Below, one piece after another: positions 58,438 through 64,000 of a stretch of DNA of 64,000 nucleotides. Source of the stretch: Phaeosaccion multiseriatum (lineage: Eukaryota > Protista > Ochrophyta, other classes); the NCBI GenBank assembly GCA_965112735.1, contig OZ218964.1:2046001-2110000 (forward strand), in the 5' to 3' direction. Both the position numbers and the translations under genes were made by a program. Below the pieces are notes generated by a model. That model ran no database searches. It had not been told where the DNA came from and saw only the letters and a program-made list of their open reading frames with translations. Numbering within the stretch: position 1 is the first letter of the stretch; each line of letters starts with the position of its first letter.

Positions 58438-58679
58438 GCGCCGGAATTATGTACTTTTGATGCTTATCTCTTGGCATTTTGACCTGTAGCAAGCCACATG
58501 ACACAGCGATCTTGGGAAGAGGAAAGAGGGAGGGCTTGCGTGCGTTTTGTACATTTTCACAGTTTCACACAATGTCGATACTATCGAATTAAAATCGATA
58601 TATGAGTACTTGTTGCGTAATTTTGTGTGGGAGAGAGAGATAGAAGAGCAAATAGACGAGAGAAAGGCTACAGTTAGTG

Positions 58680-61122
58680 ATGTGCAGGGTATTATGCGTT
58701 GTGGCGGCGGCTGCGCTAGCCGTGGGGCAAACGCAGGCCTTTACAGCGATGACTCCTCTTAGGGCGACAGGAACCACAGGCTGTAGGAGCACCAGCAGGA
58801 GCAGCGGCAGGGTGAGTGACAAGGGGGGCGGCATGCTGCGCGGGCCAGAGGGAGGGGATGAGGAAGGGGCTACGAGGGGGGCGGGTGTAAGAGGTATGGG
58901 CGTAGCGCTGGGTGTGAAGTTCTCGCGAGCAGGGATGGCCCAGGCACATGAAGGGAGAGACTTCGAAGAGAGAGAGAGTCAGCATGGTGAAGAGACGAAT
59001 CCTTGTCCAAGACTTAGGATACAGGTTACTGGGAACTCTTCATCTTGAACACTGGCGCTGCAGCTACCGCTGGTGCTGCTTCTCTGCTGCGCACATGACT
59101 GTCGTCATTGGTCATGCAGTGAGGGGTCAAGAAGCTCCGTTAGCAGTTGAGTGGGCATAGAGGAGTGGCAGCAGAAGCAGCAGAGCCCGTTGCGAGGAGA
59201 CACACAGGGAATCCATGCAAGGGTCTTAGAGCTGAGGATGACACGCGGGGTGGAGGCACATTGCGGATGGCCCGTTTGCGTGGCTGGTTATCCTCGTCGA
59301 GGGAGAGGAGGCAAGGAATGGATGGAGTGTGGAAAGCATTCATCCACTCCTCTGGGCAGAGGAAAGGTTACACGGACGTGGTGCTATGCCTTGCGGCGAA
59401 AGGAGACGACAATGGCGTAAAACGCCTCCTTTGGATTTCCTTTGAGTAGTATAAGCACAGGGCCGTCCCTTCCCTCCTCCAGTTTTTCTTGCCCTACTCG
59501 CGACCTGGACGACGGACTGGGATGCACAGAGGGCGAAGACGGAACCTCTGCAGTCACGAAGGCAGTCGCCGCTGGTCTTCGAGTTCGCGCATGGGGCTTG
59601 AGAGAAATGCTTGGGTTGAGCTGCCAGGGAGGGGCTTTTCGGATGAGAGCGAATGATGGGCGGCGTGTGCAGCTGGTCAAGACCGACTAGAGGGGCGTGA
59701 ATGCCATTTTGCTTCTTCTGCATGACAGACTTTGGCCTTCGCCGTGGGCACAGGGTCTGTGCTGTTGGTGGTTTTCTCTGACAACCCAAACTGTGCGGTG
59801 TCGCCTTGCCCTCCCCCCCCTCTACCGCCTTCTTCCTCATCCCCGCCCGCTCTCCTGCCGTCCCCACTGCCCTCCTTCGCCCCTCCCTACACGTGTGTCG
59901 CACAGGGAGGCATGAAGATGCAGATCGGCGGTGAGTCTGACGCCATGGAGGATGGCTTTGTGCCCAACGAGCCCACCAACGCCGGGCAGTTCGACACGGC
60001 CAGGCCGTACGGCGGGGGCCAGTTCCCGGGGTCCCTCCTCTCGTCAGCGAACGATGTGTTGGCGGACCTCGAAGAGCTCGACTCCGTTCTGTCCGACGAC
60101 AGGAACGACGTTGACCTCGAGCCCAGGCAGCCGTACCTCAACCACCTCGCTGTGCAAGCCGCCAAGCGCAGGTGGGTGGCGTTGACTCCCTTTCGATTTG
60201 CTGTCCGTTGCCTTTCCATGGTCGTCCAAGATGAATACTTATAGTAGGCCGGCCTGTCTCTTCCTGTTCCAAAGTGCCTCCAAGGGGCCCGGTGGGCGCT
60301 TCATTCTTCCATTCTTTGGTGTTGGTGTTGTGTGTACACTGGTCCGTCTCGCTCCCCTCTTGCGCTGCTCGTGACGATGTGAATCCCTCTTTGTGCTCTG
60401 CCCTGTGCCATGTTCCCTTTGCCCTCCTCTGTTGGGTCAGGTGGCAGCGACACGAGAACGACCAGGGCAGCCCCGAGGTGCAGATCGCTGTGCAGACAGA
60501 GCGCATCTCCTACCTCACACAGCACATGCTCAAGAACAAGGGCGACAAGCACAAGTGAGTCCTGACCAGTCGAATTCCCGAACGAATGAATGAATGAACG
60601 AATGTTAGATCACCCCGCCCTCTTACGTACTGGCCCTCTGACCTACCGTACTCTGCGTGCCGCGTCCCTTCTCTCTCGTCATCGTCGCCAGCCTGAGGGG
60701 CCTCGCCCGTTTGGTGCAGGAGCGCAAGAAGCACCTGACGTACCTGGCCAGGGAGAACAGACCCAAGGCCATCGAAATGGCTCAGGCAAGTGACTTACTC
60801 GAGTCAGTGAGCTACTCCTGCTGCCGTCCTGCCACCGTCCTGCTCGTAAGAGTGGTGTGGTCAAGAATGGGGCGTTGTCTGACACGTCGTCGTGTGTGCA
60901 TCTCTTGTGGTGTTGGAATGCACTGTCCCCCCCCTCGCCTCTCGTCTTCCTCAGGCTCTCGGCATCCGATTCAAGCCCCGATCAGGCCGATACCTGACCA
61001 GCGAGGAGAAGTACGCCAAGTTCAAGAACGTCAAGTCCAAGGAGGGCGTGCTCATCCGTACCAAAATCATCAACCGAGAGAAGGCGGAGGCGGAGGCAGC
61101 CTTGGCGGCTCAGCAGGAGTAG
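58680..61122 (+). CDS. rps15: Nuclear-encoded plastid ribosomal protein uS15 (5 exons; first intron about 1.1 kb; one GC-AG intron)
   Basis: Presequence [20 protein letters not shown]|FTAM; [29 protein letters not shown]...DKH|[19 protein letters not shown]...ALGIRFK. Confidence 0.88.
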
Positions 61123-61549
61123 AGAGGCAGTGATGGTGTGGCTGACGAGTGCGCACACAACGGTACTACATGCGTCAGGGAAGAAGGCCCCTGCGGCGCT
61201 GAACCTACTCGGGACAGGCCCAAGGGGGTCTTTGACGCGGGAGTAGGAGACGATGGAGGCGGAGAGACGAGAGACGAGCTTGCTGCGCGCGCGCGGGGAG
61301 GGCAGGGGTGAATAGACAGAGACCGCGCTCGCGACGATGAGGGGATGAGTTGTAGACACAAGACGACAAGAAGCAGTGCGGGATCTCGGGAGGGAAATAG
61401 ACACGCGGCGCGATGTATGGCATCGAGAGGCTTCCACGCTAAACCTGTAATAATATAGATGGAGACTCGAAAAGAAGAAGGGATACACTTCACACCCCGT
61501 GTGGCGGAGAGTGTTTATCGATGGTACGGTAGGAGAGCTCGTGTACTTG

Positions 61550-61678
61550 TCACGACAATGTCCACTTGTGCCGGGCCAAACTGAGCTCCCTCTGCAGCCT
61601 CTCCAGGCGCTGACCCGCCAGCCTCTCGCACTCCTCCTCCTCTTCTTCCTCCTCCTCCTCCTCCTCCTCCTCCTCCTC

Positions 61679-61712
<34 letters not shown>

Positions 61713-63322
61713 TGCCCCTCCTCCTCCATCCTCCTTGGCTCTCGCAAGGAGATGCTGCCGTAGCCCTGCCGCTCGTCCCTCCCGAGCGAGTCCGCCTCCC
61801 AAGACGACGAGCAGGCGGAGTGACCAGAGCGGAGCCCCTCCCTTCTCGCACCTCCACCTCCTCCCTTCGCCGACTTGCCCCCCCCTGCTGCGAGGCCCGG
61901 CCTACAAGGCTGGCTGAGCTTTATCATGGCCGAAGGGTGGGCCAGAGGTGCCTGGCTGGCTGGCAAGCTCGGCCCAAAGAGCATCTCCTGAGTGCTCCTA
62001 TGCGTGGGTGGGTGGACAGCATGGAGCAGCAACGGGACAAAGGTGAGCCACCTGAGAGGCCCAAAGAGAGGCCCAAAGAGAGGCCCAAAGAGAGGCCCAA
62101 AGAGAGGCCCAAAGAGAGGCCCAAAGAGAGGCCCGATGAGCCCCCTCTCCTGCCCTGGTCCGAAGGCAGCCCCACCCCTCCACTGCGTCCCTCACCATGG
62201 CCCAACTGACCCATCTGATGACCCACTGAGCCGACCCCTCACTCACGTGTACACGAGGTTCTCCATGGAGGGTCCGAACACGTCCTTGATGCCGTGCGCA
62301 GGCAGGCCGACGGGCAGCACCGCGTTCAGGGCCACGGGCGATCCCTTTATACAGTCGATGCGGATGAATCTGATGGGTTCGGTTAGTGCAAAGGGCGCCA
62401 GCCATGCCAAGTCACGTACGTGTCAGCAAGCCTTTCAGTGCCCACTCCCCACCCCCCTCATTGGAGGTGGATGACAACCCCTACCAAAGGACTCAAGCCT
62501 ACACACACACGTACCTGCATGGGAGGTGCCCAATGCAGATATCCTTGGCCGCTCCGTGCGGCAGCCGCAGGCCCCTCTTGGCCATCACAAAGTCCCTCTT
62601 GCTCGTGCCCTTGATACTGATGGACACGTTCACTTCGCTGCAGCTCTGTTGGGGCAAGAGAGGAAGCAGAAGCACGCTCTGCTCAGTAAATGGCACGCCT
62701 GTTGCTTCTCTCTGCCTGGTTCTTCTCACCTTATTATATACTCTGAGGAAGGAGAGGAGCGCCTTTTCCTTCAACTTGAGCAGTACCCAAGAGTCCCCGC
62801 TGCCCCCCATCCAGTGAGAACTCGTCCCCCACACGCTCAGATTGGCCGCTGCGCACCCTGGGCAGCTGTAGCTCGCTGTATGTATCCGCCAAGGACAAGG
62901 AGAGCACAATCAAGGTTACTACGTCGATGGGCTGAGCAGACTCTCTGCCAAGTAGTCCACCGATAAGACATCTTCCATCGACTGAGCCACGCACCTTGCA
63001 AAACCTCAAAGGGTAGCTTCTCCATGTCTCCGCTGGGATTGGGCGTCCCCGTGCTACTTGTGCAGCCATTACTCTCTGCGGCAGCCCTTCTCCTTCTCGT
63101 GCCCTTCCCTGCTGCCGTTGGCTGTTTTCCTGCGGTTCGTGCTGCTGCCCCTGCTGCTGCTACTACTGCTGCTGCTGCTACTGCTGCTGTTGCTGCTGCT
63201 GATCCTGCCACCGAAGCCGATCCGGATCCTTCCAGTCTCCCTTCCTCCTCTCCCGGGGAGGTCTTGGCTCTCATCGCAACCCCTCTCCCTCGAGGAGGTG
63301 ATCTGTCGGCGAATGAAGCCAT
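61550..63322 (-). CDS. Uncharacterised protein with a possible galactose-binding-like beta-sandwich domain and a poly-Glu tail (multi-exon)
   Basis: KLPFEVLQ|..SYSCPGCAAANL..SHW..DSWVLLKL..LRVYNK|..GHLPCR|FIRIDC..VALNAVLPVG, joined by GT-AG introns. The domain call is tentative. Confidence 0.55.
62054..62134. repeat. 12-bp tandem repeat (GAGAGGCCCAAA) x ~6.5, intronic
   Basis: Directly visible, within the predicted minus-strand intron at about 61994-62245. Confidence 0.92.
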
Positions 63323-63548
63323 GGGCCAGAGGGACCTTCAAGACATTCGCGCCCCTGGACCAGCAGAGGGTCCTCCAAGGTCTTTGCACCCCGTTCGGCG
63401 CACCCCGTTCGGCTCGCCCCGTTCGGCTGCTCTCTACACAAACATACGGGATGGACAGATTTTTTTTCGCCGACACCAGGTACCAAAAAACGAAACTGTG
63501 AAAACGGGAGTGCTCCCTTGCAATCACAGGGATGGTATCGAGAGAGAA

Positions 63549-64000
63549 ATGGCAATCCATCAGCAGAAGCAAGCTCAGGCACCTCTTCACGGGAGGATTA
63601 GAGCCCGTGTGATCCCGCGCGGCTGGGTGAAGGAGGAATGGGGGCCGTCCATGACCAGCTGGGACGCTCCGAAGAGGAAGGGTGAGGGACTGGGTCACAG
63701 AGGGACGAGCCCTCGACGAATCACATTGTCTGACATACTCTCTCCTCTACCCTCCTTCTGCAGTAAAAGCTCGCCCGACGAGCGCTCCGCCAGCGAGGTC
63801 CCCCTCTCGACGCAGGAACAGGGATTGGGCTTACGACACGTATTCGGGCAGGCGGGTGCCCAAGCACCAGAAGGACCCGTTGGTAAGATCAGGGGCGGCT
63901 CAGTCTCGTCTCTATGACACAACACCTCTACTGTACTGACGCTGACTGACTGCACGCAGGCCACGTCGCGCCACCCTCGCCTGCAAAAGCTGCTGGGAGG
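63549..64000 (+). CDS. 5' part of an uncharacterised spliced gene (runs off the window)
   Basis: ATG at 63549; GTGAGG donor ~63682, CTGCAG acceptor ~63763, GTAAGA donor ~63883 and CGCAG acceptor ~63959 keep the frame open. Confidence 0.4.

Noticed and set aside
57861-58504. His/Glu-rich or hydrophobic repeat ORFs
   Set aside because: All are translations of the foldback repeat, with no splice or start context; reported as a repeat instead.

Overview
Eukaryotic, GC-rich, intron-dense nuclear DNA, most likely from a photosynthetic stramenopile (ochrophyte). Five genes carry a signal peptide followed by an 'A|F' (ASAFAP-like) bipartite plastid presequence. The window opens with about 5.2 kb of a 177-bp tandem satellite, interrupted by a ~505-bp insertion that lacks a target-site duplication (TSD). 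About 18 compact spliced genes follow, often in head-to-head or tail-to-tail pairs: plastid DapL, TBC1D23, an AspH-like 2OG-Fe(II) hydroxylase/sulfotransferase fusion, a DIX-like plus auxilin-type J-domain protein, a plastid M41-like HEAGH protein, a DUF2993-like protein, an SDIR1-like RING E3, a kinesin, a double thioredoxin with CxGGVC linker motifs, a rhomboid, a PAP/fibrillin, a ZNFX1-like helicase, an alpha/beta hydrolase, a THUMP methyltransferase, PurU, nuclear-encoded plastid uS15, and several unknowns. The most striking object is a ~5-kb tyrosine-recombinase (Ngaro/DIRS-group) retrotransposon at 34226-39256. Its gag 5' part is replaced by a near-perfect 296-bp inverted duplication (a potential hairpin-RNA silencer), and it is bracketed by three direct copies of a ~47-bp sequence containing an att-like dyad, GGTTGAC-N7-GTCAACC. 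A 115-bp MITE and a 356-bp foldback minisatellite are also present. All gene models were assembled by eye from ORF fragments and GT/GC-AG sites, so start codons and some exon limits are approximate. No database searches were run.
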